This document shows, piece by piece, positions 49,740 to 60,183 of a stretch of DNA of 64,000 nt (positions within the stretch are counted from its first letter, which is position 1; every line of letters begins with the position of its first letter). Source of the DNA: a virus; IMG/VR virus record IMGVR_UViG_3300031965_000007, positions 1-64,000 of that record. One strand, written 5' to 3'. The notes under the pieces were generated by a model. That model ran no database searches and was not told where the DNA came from. It saw nothing but the letters and a program-made list of their open reading frames with translations. Made by a program: the position numbers and the translations under genes.

Positions 49740-50675
49740 ATGGCTGATAAGATCGCTACCGCACCAACACCGAGCCCTGCAGCACCGGCGTCAGCCGTAC
49801 CTGCAGCGCCAATACCTGCAACACCACCTCCGACTGCAGAAGCAGCAACCACGACGCCAGCAGCAGCTGTGCCGACTGACTCTGCTGTACCTGCTGATCC
49901 TGCGACACCAGCGCCCGTCGTGCCCGAAGAGAGCAAGCCCAAGGTTCTCACGATCCCGACGAACGCGATGAAGCAGATCAAGCAAGAGGAGCGTGATCGA
50001 GGACGCGCTGAGACTCTCGCAGAGTTGGACGCCCAGGCCGTAAGCTACGGCTTTGCCAACCACGCAGAGATGGTCGCGTTCGCGCAGTCCAAAAAGAGCG
50101 ATCCCGAACAGCCTGCAACGACAACGGATCAACCTGCCGCAGATCCAGCAGATCCTGCGCAGATGTCTGAGAAAGAAACGCAGGCTCTCATCGCGCTCCG
50201 ACAGGAGAAAGACAAGCTCCTCGAAGAGAAGCGCAAGCTCAACCGAGCGCGCGCACGCGAAGAGAAGCGGAACCGTCAGCTCAGTCGCGATCTCCAGAAC
50301 ATGGAGGCAACGATGGAGCTGAAGCTCGCTGCCAAGGACGCAGGTGTGGAGGATGTCGACTATGCTGTCGAGGTCTTCCGCAGGGCGATCAAAGGCATGT
50401 CGGATGACGAGCTGAAGACCGTGGACGAGTCCAAGTTCTTTCGCGAGTCCCTCCGACAGTCGCATCCGCACTTGTTCAAGGCAGAGGAGAGGCCTGTCAA
50501 CACTGGCACGCCCAACACCTCCACTGCCAAGCCAGGTGCAGCAACGGCTGACCGTTCCTCGAACAACGAGGAGAGCGGCAGCGTGGATGCTCGGAAGCTT
50601 CCGGCAGACGAGTTTCAGAAGCTCCTTCGGAAGCGAGGCCTGTCCAACCCGTCTACGGGTGGCATGCTAGCGTAG
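49740..50675 (+). CDS. capsid scaffolding protein
   Basis: P/A-rich N-terminus, coiled coil, HPHLF motif, directly before MCP. Confidence 0.75.
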   Translation: MADKIATAPTPSPAAPASAVPAAPIPATPPPTAEAATTTPAAAVPTDSAVPADPATPAPVVPEESKPKVLTIPTNAMKQIKQEERDRGRAETLAELDAQAVSYGFANHAEMVAFAQSKKSDPEQPATTTDQPAADPADPAQMSEKETQALIALRQEKDKLLEEKRKLNRARAREEKRNRQLSRDLQNMEATMELKLAAKDAGVEDVDYAVEVFRRAIKGMSDDELKTVDESKFFRESLRQSHPHLFKAEERPVNTGTPNTSTAKPGAATADRSSNNEESGSVDARKLPADEFQKLLRKRGLSNPSTGGMLA

Positions 50676-50756
50676 AGATCCTTGAAGCTGGCGGTTTGGG
50701 TCTGTACAGTCAACAACTGACCTGGCGCTGTCTGGCGCCGCCGACAGAGGAAAGCC

Positions 50757-52160
50757 ATGCCCGACTTTTCAGTAATCCTTCAGAGTCCCGAAGTCCGACA
50801 GATCGTCCAGGAGAACATCCTGGAGCGCGCCTTCCACGACGCGCTCTTTCCTCGGCTCATGTTCCGAGCAGAGGCGTCCCCGGTCCCGTGGCCGGCAGGC
50901 ATCGGTGACACCCAGATCTTCAGCGCGCCCGGTCTCATCCCTGTGGATGCCCGTCCGCTGACGCCTGGCACCGATCCTGACCCGGTGACGTACCCGATGG
51001 AACAGTGGACCGCCCAGCTCCAGCAGTACGCTGGTACGGTCGACACGCACATGCCGACCAGCATGCTGGCGATCATCAACCTGTTCCTGCGCAACGCACA
51101 CCAGCTCGGCATGCAAGCGGCGCAGACGCTCAACCGTGTCGTGCGCAACCGGATGTACGCCGCTGCCCTTTCTGGGTGGACGGTGGCAGACGGTGCACAA
51201 AGCGCAGTGACTGTGCTCCGCGTCAAGCGCCTCAACGGGCTAACGCGTGCGCGCAACCCGTCGATCACAGGCGCTTCTCTCGTGCGCTTCGATGCAGTCT
51301 CCTCGTCGAACCCGCTCTCAGTGACCATTCGCGACACGGCGCCGTCCGACGTGACGCGCAACGTGATCGGATTCACCCCAGATGTGCCTGGTGACGAGTT
51401 CGGTCCTGGCACGATCACGCTCGACGTGGCTGTCACGGTGGACGATCGCGCTTTCGTTTACTCAGAGGATGCAACTCAGATCATCCGAGTAGGCGGCGGC
51501 AACAAGGTCGACGACGTTGGCTCCGCTGATCTTCCCACGCTCTCCGACATCCGGTCAGCGGTCAGCGGTTTCTGGCAACAGAACGTACCGGAGCATCCGG
51601 ACGGCCGCTTCCATTGCCAGCTCGACCCTGTCTCGCAGGGGAAGGTCTTCGCAGATTCGGAGTTCCAGCGCCTGCTCACGGCGTTGCCGGATCACTACAT
51701 GTACCGCCAGTTCGCGCTCGGCGAGCTGCTCAACACGGTCTTCTACCGCAACTCGGAATGCCCAGTTGCTGAGACGGTCGTCGGCGGGCTCACGGCGCAG
51801 TACGATCAGCGCGACCCCTTCGTAGGGGAGCTGTACAACACCGGCGTGGCCACTGGCACCAAGATCCACCGCATGCTCTTCACGGCGCAAGGCGGCATTA
51901 TGGAGTATTACTCCGACCTACAGGCGCTGATCACGGAAGCTGGCATCACCGGTTCTGTGGCAGATCCTCGCATCGTGAACAACGGAATCGAGATCTTCTC
52001 GGAGCGTATCCAGATGCTCATCCGAGCGCCGTTGAACCGCTTGCAGGATCAGGTCGCAACGAGCTGGAAGTTCATCGGCGACTGGCCTGTGCGTACGGAT
52101 GCTGCGGTTGGCAGCCGAGCACGGTTCAAGAGGTTCATCACGATCGAACACGGCGAGTGA
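50757..52160 (+). CDS. major capsid protein
   Basis: 467 aa, position after scaffold, N4-gp56-like features (LQQY.G, LG.QAAQT, PLNRLQ...SWK). Confidence 0.8.
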   Translation: MPDFSVILQSPEVRQIVQENILERAFHDALFPRLMFRAEASPVPWPAGIGDTQIFSAPGLIPVDARPLTPGTDPDPVTYPMEQWTAQLQQYAGTVDTHMPTSMLAIINLFLRNAHQLGMQAAQTLNRVVRNRMYAAALSGWTVADGAQSAVTVLRVKRLNGLTRARNPSITGASLVRFDAVSSSNPLSVTIRDTAPSDVTRNVIGFTPDVPGDEFGPGTITLDVAVTVDDRAFVYSEDATQIIRVGGGNKVDDVGSADLPTLSDIRSAVSGFWQQNVPEHPDGRFHCQLDPVSQGKVFADSEFQRLLTALPDHYMYRQFALGELLNTVFYRNSECPVAETVVGGLTAQYDQRDPFVGELYNTGVATGTKIHRMLFTAQGGIMEYYSDLQALITEAGITGSVADPRIVNNGIEIFSERIQMLIRAPLNRLQDQVATSWKFIGDWPVRTDAAVGSRARFKRFITIEHGE

Positions 52161-52414
52161 TCCGTCCTTAGGGACGGGCAACGCCCGTGCAAGCTCATAC
52201 ATGTTGATGGCTGCGGGCACTTTCTTGGGTCTTGGTGTCCGCAGCCTTTGACGCGTTTTGATCCTTGCATCGGGCTTGGGCAGCAGGCGCGTCGGAACGT
52301 GTAGAGCAACAGGACCAAGGCTCGCCACCTTGTAAATCCAGGCGATAAAAGCCCTCGCGTTCTACAATGGTTCGGCGCCCTGCGTGCCCTACCCCATCCG
52401 AAGGAGATCACATC

Positions 52415-52789
52415 ATGGCAAAAGGCGGCAAAGGAACAATGAACGATCTGGTGGGACCTGCCACGAAAGGCAGCACACCGTCACCGATCGACCCAATCGA
52501 GGCAGCGAAGATCTCGTCTGACGGTCGAGCAAGCTCACCGCCAACAGCATCAGCGCCTGCGGCCTCTGGGTCAGCGCTCGAGCCGTCCGTCCCACCTCCT
52601 GTCGCGTCGACGAGTGCAGGCAAGGTGTACGAAGTGAAGAACACCACAAAGATCACAGTCTCGTGGAAGGGTCAGCAGTGTCGCTTCTCGCCTGGGGACA
52701 CTGTGAGCGAGGACTCCTACGGCGATGGCGCGGTCGAGCGCTTCCGCGAGGGTGGCTTGCTGCTCGAGGAACGCCCGACGAAGTCGTAA
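52415..52789 (+). CDS. hypothetical protein
   Basis: AAGGAG RBS. Confidence 0.65.
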   Translation: MAKGGKGTMNDLVGPATKGSTPSPIDPIEAAKISSDGRASSPPTASAPAASGSALEPSVPPPVASTSAGKVYEVKNTTKITVSWKGQQCRFSPGDTVSEDSYGDGAVERFREGGLLLEERPTKS

Positions 52790-52821
52790 GATGGTAGCGT
52801 GCGCTCAGGAGGGCGCTCTCT

Positions 52822-53229
52822 ATGGCTCTACTGAACAACGCAGAGAAATCGCGCGTACGCTACCATCTTGGGTACCTAGCCTCTGGCTTTGCTGCTTCGC
52901 TCCAGTACGGGTTGCCTCGTCCGCAGCAGACGGTGTTCATGCTGGAAACGGCTATGAACCAGCTGGTCGAGGACGGCGCTCTTGACCGCGTGCGCAGCAT
53001 GCTAGCGATCCTGGACGCCATTGAGAAGAAGATGGTGTGCGCGATCGACCAGCTCGTTGTGAAGCAGCTCGGCAACATCACGATGCGAGACGATCACCAA
53101 GACCTCCTCGAGAAGGAGTATCAGCGGTGGGCGTCTCGACTCGCCGACATCTTCGGCGTTCCCAAGTACGCGTTCTCGGATCGCTCGCGGCGTCGAGGCC
53201 CTGGAAGCAACGTGCCTGTAACGGGGTGA
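52822..53229 (+). CDS. head-tail adaptor (putative)
   Basis: EKSRVRYHLGY N-terminus; synteny. Confidence 0.55.
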   Translation: MALLNNAEKSRVRYHLGYLASGFAASLQYGLPRPQQTVFMLETAMNQLVEDGALDRVRSMLAILDAIEKKMVCAIDQLVVKQLGNITMRDDHQDLLEKEYQRWASRLADIFGVPKYAFSDRSRRRGPGSNVPVTG

Positions 53230-53233
53230 TCAA

Positions 53234-53794
53234 ATGGGTTGCTGTGCATCATGCGGTCAGTCGGTCTGTTACTGCGCAACCGAGCTTGAAGGCACGGCGA
53301 TCGATTGCACCCTCGTCGCGAGTCTGACCAACACGGTCGACTGCATCCGCGACATCGCTACCACGCTCGGCGCTCGACCCTACCAAGTGCTCCTTGTCTG
53401 GACGCGATGGTCAGGTGGCGCGCGCTCTCAGGGCATCGAAGAAGTGATTCGAGAGGAATCGATCCTCCCCACGCCACTCGTCGCTGACATCAGCTCGGTT
53501 GCGCTGAGCATGCAGTCCATCGGCATTGCCGAGGAAGGCGACGTGCGAATCACAGAGATCAGCCCTCGGTTCAACGAAGATTATTTGTCAGGGCGCGGCG
53601 AAGACGGTTCAGCCATTCCGCCTGATCAGAGCTTCTACTGGGAAGTTCGACGACGCACGTCAGACGGGCTGAGCATGCGACGGCGATTCCGCTTGTCAGG
53701 TGCGCCGATGCACGAAGCCACCAAGTTCCAGTGGAAGGTGACACTGAAGAAGATCGCCGAGGACCGTATGCGTAGCAGCGACGTGAGGGGCTGA
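53234..53794 (+). CDS. head closure protein (putative)
   Basis: Synteny; beta-rich. Confidence 0.45.
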   Translation: MGCCASCGQSVCYCATELEGTAIDCTLVASLTNTVDCIRDIATTLGARPYQVLLVWTRWSGGARSQGIEEVIREESILPTPLVADISSVALSMQSIGIAEEGDVRITEISPRFNEDYLSGRGEDGSAIPPDQSFYWEVRRRTSDGLSMRRRFRLSGAPMHEATKFQWKVTLKKIAEDRMRSSDVRG

Positions 53795-54351
53795 TGGCAA
53801 AGGTGAAGGTCGTTGACGGACGAGTTGTGATGCCGCCATTGACGCGGACCGTCCGTATTCCGATCGAGAACTTTGCTGCTTACGAAGCCGAGCTTGGACG
53901 AGAGATCCGACAGCAGGTCTTCGGAAAGTCGATGCCGCAAGCCGGTAAGGCTGTGCGACTCCTTCTGGAGAAGGTCACGATTGATCGCGAGATCTTCTTT
54001 CGCAAGCGCTTTGCTCGATCGTGGCGCGCAGTCATCGGCGCACAACCCTCGAGCGTGCGCGTCTTCAACAAGCAGCCCTACGCCTCTGTGATAGAGTTCG
54101 GCCGGCGTAAGGGTGCGAAAGCGCCCCCAGTTGCAGCTCTGCTTCCGTGGGTGATCGGTAAGCTGGGGATACCGAGGGAGAATGCGCGTTCGGTGGCATT
54201 CCTCATCGCACGCAAGATCTCAGAGAGGGGCATTCCTGCCAGGCCCATTCTGCGCGATCCGGATGTGCAAGCAGAGATTCAGCGAGTCGTGACAGACGCA
54301 GTGAACGTGAAGCTGATCAAGGCTATAAACAAGACGAAGGTGCGCCGATGA
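53794..54351 (+). CDS. neck / HK97 gp10-like protein
   Basis: YASVIEFGR...IARKIS.RGIPARP. Confidence 0.65.
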   Translation: MAKVKVVDGRVVMPPLTRTVRIPIENFAAYEAELGREIRQQVFGKSMPQAGKAVRLLLEKVTIDREIFFRKRFARSWRAVIGAQPSSVRVFNKQPYASVIEFGRRKGAKAPPVAALLPWVIGKLGIPRENARSVAFLIARKISERGIPARPILRDPDVQAEIQRVVTDAVNVKLIKAINKTKVRR

Positions 54352-55046
54352 GTGGTGCTGACGACTCGGTCTTCTTGCAAGAGGACCAGGTAGCAACGAG
54401 ACTGATCACGCGCGCAGACGACGTGGTCGACTATAGCGATGTGCGCACCACAGATTGCTGGCACGCGATCGTTCGCGGAATCTCTGAATACCTGCGCGGC
54501 AAGGTCATCCCGTGGGATGGCGGCGTCTCCTACAGGCTTCTGCAGGTGTACGAAGGTTGGGCTGATCCCGAAGAGCTAGCGATGTGGCCGTCTGCGTGCG
54601 TGCACATGGAGGGGTCTGCGCAGTATGACTACGCCTCTCTCACCAACCAAACTGATCAACTTCCTGACGGCCAAGTGATCCGCATCACAGGCGAGATCTC
54701 GGGTACATTCACAGTGGACGTTTGGTGCACCAACAAAACAGAGCGGCTTGCGCTGGCTGCTCTAATCGAAGACCTCTTGGATCCGGTCGACTGGATGTCT
54801 GGGTTTCGCTTGGTCTTGCCGCACTATCACAATGCGATCATGACCGGCTTGCTCGAGTCCGTATCGATCATCGACAGCCCAGAGTCTGCTGGTAAGCGCT
54901 GGCGCTTAGCCAGTTTTTCCGTCAGCGCCCAGATGTCGAAGCTCAAGCTCGTCGGGTCGGTTCCGCGGTTTGATCCTCGCCTCGATTCGCGTGTCTACGA
55001 CAACCCAACGGAGTACGCGGCAGCTCTGGCAGAGTCAAGTACCTAG
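54348..55046 (+). CDS. tail terminator/completion protein (putative)
   Basis: Synteny directly before sheath. Confidence 0.5.
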   Translation: MSGADDSVFLQEDQVATRLITRADDVVDYSDVRTTDCWHAIVRGISEYLRGKVIPWDGGVSYRLLQVYEGWADPEELAMWPSACVHMEGSAQYDYASLTNQTDQLPDGQVIRITGEISGTFTVDVWCTNKTERLALAALIEDLLDPVDWMSGFRLVLPHYHNAIMTGLLESVSIIDSPESAGKRWRLASFSVSAQMSKLKLVGSVPRFDPRLDSRVYDNPTEYAAALAESST

Positions 55047-55108
55047 CAAAAAGACCCTGTATCAGTTACCGTTCGCCCGAGCATCTCGGGCTCACCCAGG
55101 AGGATTCC

Positions 55109-57166
55109 GTGTCCGGCTTCACTCGACGCTTCAACTATTACCCAGGTACCGAAGTCCTCACCCAGATCGAGGGTGTGAGCATCGTCGACCTGCCGCCTCC
55201 CGGCTCGATCTCAGGTGTTGCGACGGGCGTGGTTGCGGCAGTCGGCGAATGCGCAGACATGACCTATGCCACGTCCGTCGACACCAGCGGCAATGTGTCG
55301 ACGAAGATCGTGCCGCAGGAGGTCCTCAGTGCTCAAGACCTGATCAACAAGTTCGGCGGATTCGACGAAACACTCGGAGAGTTTGGCGTCAGCGGCGGCA
55401 ATCTGTACGCCGCTCTGCGCAGCAAGAGCTTCTCTAGGCTGATTCTCGCAGCCGTCAATCTCTGCTCGGCCAAAGGCGCGCGCGTGTTTCGCCAGCTACC
55501 TGTGTGCCGATCTCAAACGGATGCGGCCGCAGTCGTTCCTGTGCTTGGCGGCACAGTGTCTGCAGGTCGAGAGTTCCGCTCAGGCGCAGGTCGGCTGAAG
55601 ATCGGTGCCAGGCAGGAGTTCACTGCCAACGAGCCCATCACATCCGGAACCGCCGGTTCCTGCACTTCAGGTGCTTCGGCAGTGACGCAGGAGTTCGAGT
55701 CAGGCGCGCTCGACTGGACAACGATCACACGCCCTGACGGCACGCTGGGGGCTGCCAAGGGTGACATCTTTGTTCTCGGGTACAACAATGGTGGCGCGAT
55801 CGCGCCTGTTGCTGAAGGCGGCACGTACCGTGTGGCGTCTACACCTGCTTCCGGCACCACACTGACGATCGAGCGCCTTGACGGCGCAGCGTTCGAGTTC
55901 ACTTCGCAAGCAAACGTGCCTTGGCGTCTGCACTTGGCCAGCGACGCAGATACGGCACTTGTAATCGTACCTGGGGCAGCTGTTCCAGGTGGCTATGCAG
56001 CGGCAGACGCAGGCGGTTACACCGTCCCAATCCGGCCGATCACTGACTCTGCAGGCGCGCAATCTGACGGTACGTACTCTGCCGGCACTGTGCTCGCACC
56101 GGCAGTCGTGCCAGACGCAGCAGACGGCGACTCGTGGGATCCGCTGTCCGGTCTCGGCGCCAGAACCATCGTAGGTGGCACAACCGCTTTCACGGCTGCT
56201 ACGCAAGGGATCAACCCTGTAGCGTCGGCAACCATCGACGCGCTCTACGCCACTGCGATCGACGCGTTCCTCGCAGACGAAGATCCGGTTCGCGACGCCA
56301 ACCTCATCGTTGCAGCACGGACGAGTGCGAACAACCGAACCAAACTCCGCAGTCACGTACTCGAAGCAAGTCAGCGCGGCCGCGGCAGGATTGCTGTGAT
56401 CAGCCCTGACTTGGCACAACAGACGACCACGGCAGTAACCGCGACCGCATCTCCTGGTGTAGGGGCAACTCGCGCAGAGCGTGTCGTGTACGCGTGGCCA
56501 GGCGAGCGTGTCTACGTGCAAGAGGCCGTCGGGTTCAGGCTGAAAGTCGCGACTGGCTTGACCACAATCGACGGCATCCTCGATCTCGCTGCGGACTTTC
56601 GCGCTGCAAGCGTCATGTCCAACTTGGCGCCTGAGCGCAACCCTGGCCAAGCAGCTGAGCCGGTTCCTACGGTCATGGCAACTGTCGTCGGCATTCAGCG
56701 AGGCGTTTCCGGTCTGGGGATCAACGAGTACGTTGCGCTACGTGCAGCCGGCATCATGGCGATGCGTATCGACAGAAGGTCAGGCCCGATCTTCCAGAGC
56801 GGCGTGACATCGTCTCTCACCAGCGGGCAGAAGAACATTTTCCGCCGGCGCATGGCAGACTTCATCCAAGACTCGCTCTCGGAGCGCCTGGTTGGGTTCT
56901 CCAAGCTGCCGCTCACCAACCAGCTCAAGGACGGCGCCGTGGGTGAGGTCGACGCCTTTCTGCTCGAGCTGCAGAGTCCGAACAACCCCGCTGCACAGCG
57001 GATCAACCAGTACCAAGTCGACGACAAGAGCGGTAACACGCCCAATCTCGAAGCGAAAGGCATCTACGTGATCATCACTCGTGTGCGCCTCACGCCGACT
57101 GCGGACTTCATCGTTCTCCAGACAGAGATCGGCGAAAACGTCGTCATTACCGAGCAAGCTGCCTGA
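55109..57166 (+). CDS. tail sheath protein
   Basis: IEGVSIVD N-terminus, C-terminal RRMADFI and LTPTADFIVL. Confidence 0.88.
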   Translation: MSGFTRRFNYYPGTEVLTQIEGVSIVDLPPPGSISGVATGVVAAVGECADMTYATSVDTSGNVSTKIVPQEVLSAQDLINKFGGFDETLGEFGVSGGNLYAALRSKSFSRLILAAVNLCSAKGARVFRQLPVCRSQTDAAAVVPVLGGTVSAGREFRSGAGRLKIGARQEFTANEPITSGTAGSCTSGASAVTQEFESGALDWTTITRPDGTLGAAKGDIFVLGYNNGGAIAPVAEGGTYRVASTPASGTTLTIERLDGAAFEFTSQANVPWRLHLASDADTALVIVPGAAVPGGYAAADAGGYTVPIRPITDSAGAQSDGTYSAGTVLAPAVVPDAADGDSWDPLSGLGARTIVGGTTAFTAATQGINPVASATIDALYATAIDAFLADEDPVRDANLIVAARTSANNRTKLRSHVLEASQRGRGRIAVISPDLAQQTTTAVTATASPGVGATRAERVVYAWPGERVYVQEAVGFRLKVATGLTTIDGILDLAADFRAASVMSNLAPERNPGQAAEPVPTVMATVVGIQRGVSGLGINEYVALRAAGIMAMRIDRRSGPIFQSGVTSSLTSGQKNIFRRRMADFIQDSLSERLVGFSKLPLTNQLKDGAVGEVDAFLLELQSPNNPAAQRINQYQVDDKSGNTPNLEAKGIYVIITRVRLTPTADFIVLQTEIGENVVITEQAA

Positions 57167-57262
57167 ACCTTGAGCTTGCCTCGGTAACGGTGCTAGACTC
57201 GGCACCGTGACCTGGAGGCAGGCTCTGTGGTCAGCAGTCGCACCCTCTGCAAGAGGGGATAG

Positions 57263-57301
57263 GGCTCGCGGATTGGGGTGACACCCAGTTCGCGGGCTTT
57301 T
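57263..57301 (+). terminator. hairpin plus U-tract between sheath and tube
   Basis: GCTCGCGGATTGGG-gtgaca-CCCAGTTCGCGGGC followed by TTTT. Confidence 0.55.
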
Positions 57302-57321
57302 CGCGTTGGGGAGGAAATCAC

Positions 57322-57753
57322 ATGGCCCAGAGGATCAAAGGACAAGAGGTAGAGGTGTTGATGGTCGTCAACGGTCAGCCGAAGACGAACATCACGACCG
57401 TTCGTAACTTTGAGGTCACGCTTCAGACAGAGATCCTCTCCGAAGGTTACCTCGGTGAGACGACGGAGAGGAAGGACTCGATCTTCAAAGGCATTGCTGG
57501 AAAGATCGAGATTCATTTCGACAACCAGGAGATCATGCGCGTCTTCGAAGAGATCGTGAACAAGGCGCGCCGTCGTACGCCAGGCACAAAGATCAACATC
57601 AAGGCGACGTTGAACTTCCCAGGCGGCCAGCGCCCCAGGATCATGATCAACGACGTGGAGTTCGGCGCGCTACCGATGAGCTTCGGCTCGCGCTCAGACT
57701 ACGGTAACGTGAGTCTCGACTTCGAGGCCAGCGAGCCGTCGTTCCTGTACTGA
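57322..57753 (+). CDS. tail tube protein
   Basis: 143 aa beta protein directly after sheath. Confidence 0.75.
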   Translation: MAQRIKGQEVEVLMVVNGQPKTNITTVRNFEVTLQTEILSEGYLGETTERKDSIFKGIAGKIEIHFDNQEIMRVFEEIVNKARRRTPGTKINIKATLNFPGGQRPRIMINDVEFGALPMSFGSRSDYGNVSLDFEASEPSFLY

Positions 57754-57788
57754 TCAACTTCGTTTCAAAGAGAGTCTGTAGGTGATTC

Positions 57789-58345
57789 ATGAATGAAAAT
57801 CGAGTCGAGCATACGTTCACGCTTCCCGAAGGCGTCGCCAAGATCACAGACGTCAAGACGCTGACGCTCGTCGAGCTATCAGCAGACGAAGAGATGATGG
57901 CGACCAACCGTGCACGCGGCGATCAAATCCGCGTGGCATGGGAGCTGCCCAAGGAAGCCTTACGCGCGGTCAACGGCACAAGGTGTGGAACTGGCGACGG
58001 CACGGTCGACAAGATCTGGGTCGCGATGCACCCGAAGGCGCGCAACTTCGTAATGCAAGCCTACAATCATTTGCACAACCCGCAGATGGCTGAGGTGAAG
58101 GATTTTTTGGCGAGCATCGAGAGCAAGGCGTAGTCACCCTTGCGATCTTTGCGATCGCGCTCTCTGAAGAAGAGAACACAAAAGCACAGCAGATCATGAA
58201 GCTTTACGCCTTTCTCGGGCGATACGCGCACCAGGACATCGGCACCTTACGCAAGATGTCGGTACGAGAGTTGGTGTGGCTGGCTAATGAAACGGCTGAG
58301 CTTCTACGCGAAGAAGCAGAAGCACACCAAGTGAACAACGACTGA
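57789..58345 (+). CDS. tail assembly chaperone (57789-58133) with -1 frameshifted extension to 58345
   Basis: In-frame slippery heptamer T TTT TTG at 58103-58109; -1 frame open to TGA 58343-58345, just before the TMP RBS. Confidence 0.75.
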
Positions 58346-58356
58346 GGAGCGGACCC

Positions 58357-60171
58357 ATGGAGCAGATCGTCAGCGTACTTCTTCGCGCCACGGGCGCTTC
58401 TCAGTTCGGCGGCCAAATGGCCCAAATGGTGTCGCACGCCAACGTTGCGCAGCACGCCGTACAGCACTTGAGTAGCACGCTGAACATGGTCAAGATGGCT
58501 GTTGCCGGCGCTGTAGGCGGGTTCACGCTCAACGCGGTGATGAACCTGGGTAAGGAGTTCGAGAACACGCAGAATAAGATGGCCGGCTACCTCACCTCTC
58601 TCGGCGAGGCTCCGGACTTCAATACTGCACTCCAGCAGTCGGCTGACATCTACAAGCAGATCGAGCTGACGAGTGCGGCGTTGCCTGGCGAGGCTGAGGA
58701 CTACGTACGCGTATTCACGACTGCGTTGCCGCAGATCCAGCGATCCATTGGCGGTACGATGGACGAGATGGTGAAGTTTTCGAACCAGGTTGCCGCTGTT
58801 GGCGCCACGTTCGGGATCGACTCCATGCAGATCGCGAACGACATGCGGCGTCTTTTGCAGCCAGGCAAAGGCGGCGCTGGTATGGACGTGCAGCTCTTCA
58901 CACAGATGCTGCCATTCCTTCAACAGATCGAAGGCCAAGCCAACCTCACAACCGAGTCGTTCAACGCCATGGGCGAAGCCCAGCGCGCTGCGTTGCTCAA
59001 GCAAGTGGTATACGGAAACGGTATCTCAGAGATGATCGCCAACGCAGCGAACGGCTGGGAGGCCATGAGCGGCACATTGGCAGCGATCGCCAAAACTGTT
59101 TGGCGGATGGGCACTTCTCCTCTGTTCGACGGCATGAAGCAAGGCGCGCAGGTCCTCGCAGGGTACTTCATGGACGCGGACGGTCAGTTGACGTCCCTCG
59201 GCAACACGTTGGTAGGGGTTACAAGGATCATTTCTGAAGGCCTTGTCGTCGGCGTGCAGACGGCAGCGCGTGGCATCAGCTGGCTGGTAGGCAACTTCGA
59301 GCGGCTCTACAACACTGTCGCAGGCGCCGTGTTGCCGATCTTTCAGACAAAGATCGACATGGTCGTCGCAGCGCTTCCGTCTCTTGGGAGCGCGCTCGAC
59401 TACGCGACCAGCGCGATCATGGGGCTGTGGAATGTGATCCAGCCTCTTCTTCCCATCTTCCAGATACTCACAGACGCAGCGCTTGGCCTTGTGCTGAACG
59501 CAATCGAGCCGATGATGCGCGGTATGGGGGATTTCGTCGAGACGGTTGCGAGCTTCGGCGGGTGGTTTGGCGAGATGATCGGCGAGATCATGTGGTGGCT
59601 TGTGCCGCCTATCCAGTCACTCGGCACAGGTATCGGCAAGCTTATCGAAGGATTGCTGCACTTCGCTGGCCCTGTGATTGGCCTGCTCGTAGGCGGAGTC
59701 CTGAAGATCGCTGAGTACGTCGCACCAGTGGTTGGGTTCTTGATCGATCGCCTTGCAGAGTTCGGCCGAGGTCTAGGGGAGATCCTCTACTGGCTCGGTG
59801 ACAAGATGCGCGCGTGGTTCGGTATGGAGATGACCACCGTCAAGCAGGCCCCTGCAACAAAGAAGCTTGGCGAGGCTGCAGGCGGGATCGCGACTTTCCT
59901 GCGAAACATGAAGGCCGGGATGGCGTGGGCATCTCTAGGTGGCGCCGCTGCGCCTGATCTTTCTGGCTTGAAGAGGCGCGCTCGTACGCCAGGCGCTCGA
60001 GGAGGTACTAAGATCCACCAGGACTTCAGGAATAGCCGCTTCACAATCGATCAGAAGTTCGAAGAAGGCTTTGACCCTGACCGCATCGCGATCTCATTCG
60101 CAAACGATCTGCAACGAATCGGCGAGTTTAGGCTTCACAGCGGGCTCGATCCGCTCTATGCGCTTCGCTAA
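58357..60171 (+). CDS. tape measure protein
   Basis: 604 aa, A/G-rich helical with amphipathic repeats, follows chaperone. Confidence 0.85.
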   Translation: MEQIVSVLLRATGASQFGGQMAQMVSHANVAQHAVQHLSSTLNMVKMAVAGAVGGFTLNAVMNLGKEFENTQNKMAGYLTSLGEAPDFNTALQQSADIYKQIELTSAALPGEAEDYVRVFTTALPQIQRSIGGTMDEMVKFSNQVAAVGATFGIDSMQIANDMRRLLQPGKGGAGMDVQLFTQMLPFLQQIEGQANLTTESFNAMGEAQRAALLKQVVYGNGISEMIANAANGWEAMSGTLAAIAKTVWRMGTSPLFDGMKQGAQVLAGYFMDADGQLTSLGNTLVGVTRIISEGLVVGVQTAARGISWLVGNFERLYNTVAGAVLPIFQTKIDMVVAALPSLGSALDYATSAIMGLWNVIQPLLPIFQILTDAALGLVLNAIEPMMRGMGDFVETVASFGGWFGEMIGEIMWWLVPPIQSLGTGIGKLIEGLLHFAGPVIGLLVGGVLKIAEYVAPVVGFLIDRLAEFGRGLGEILYWLGDKMRAWFGMEMTTVKQAPATKKLGEAAGGIATFLRNMKAGMAWASLGGAAAPDLSGLKRRARTPGARGGTKIHQDFRNSRFTIDQKFEEGFDPDRIAISFANDLQRIGEFRLHSGLDPLYALR

Positions 60172-60183
60172 AGGAGTCCGTGA

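Noticed and set aside
13309-56650. Long minus-strand ORFs (e.g. 13309, 21557, 23820, 34776, 55700)
   Set aside because: Antisense to well-supported genes, expected at this GC and codon bias, no recognisable motifs
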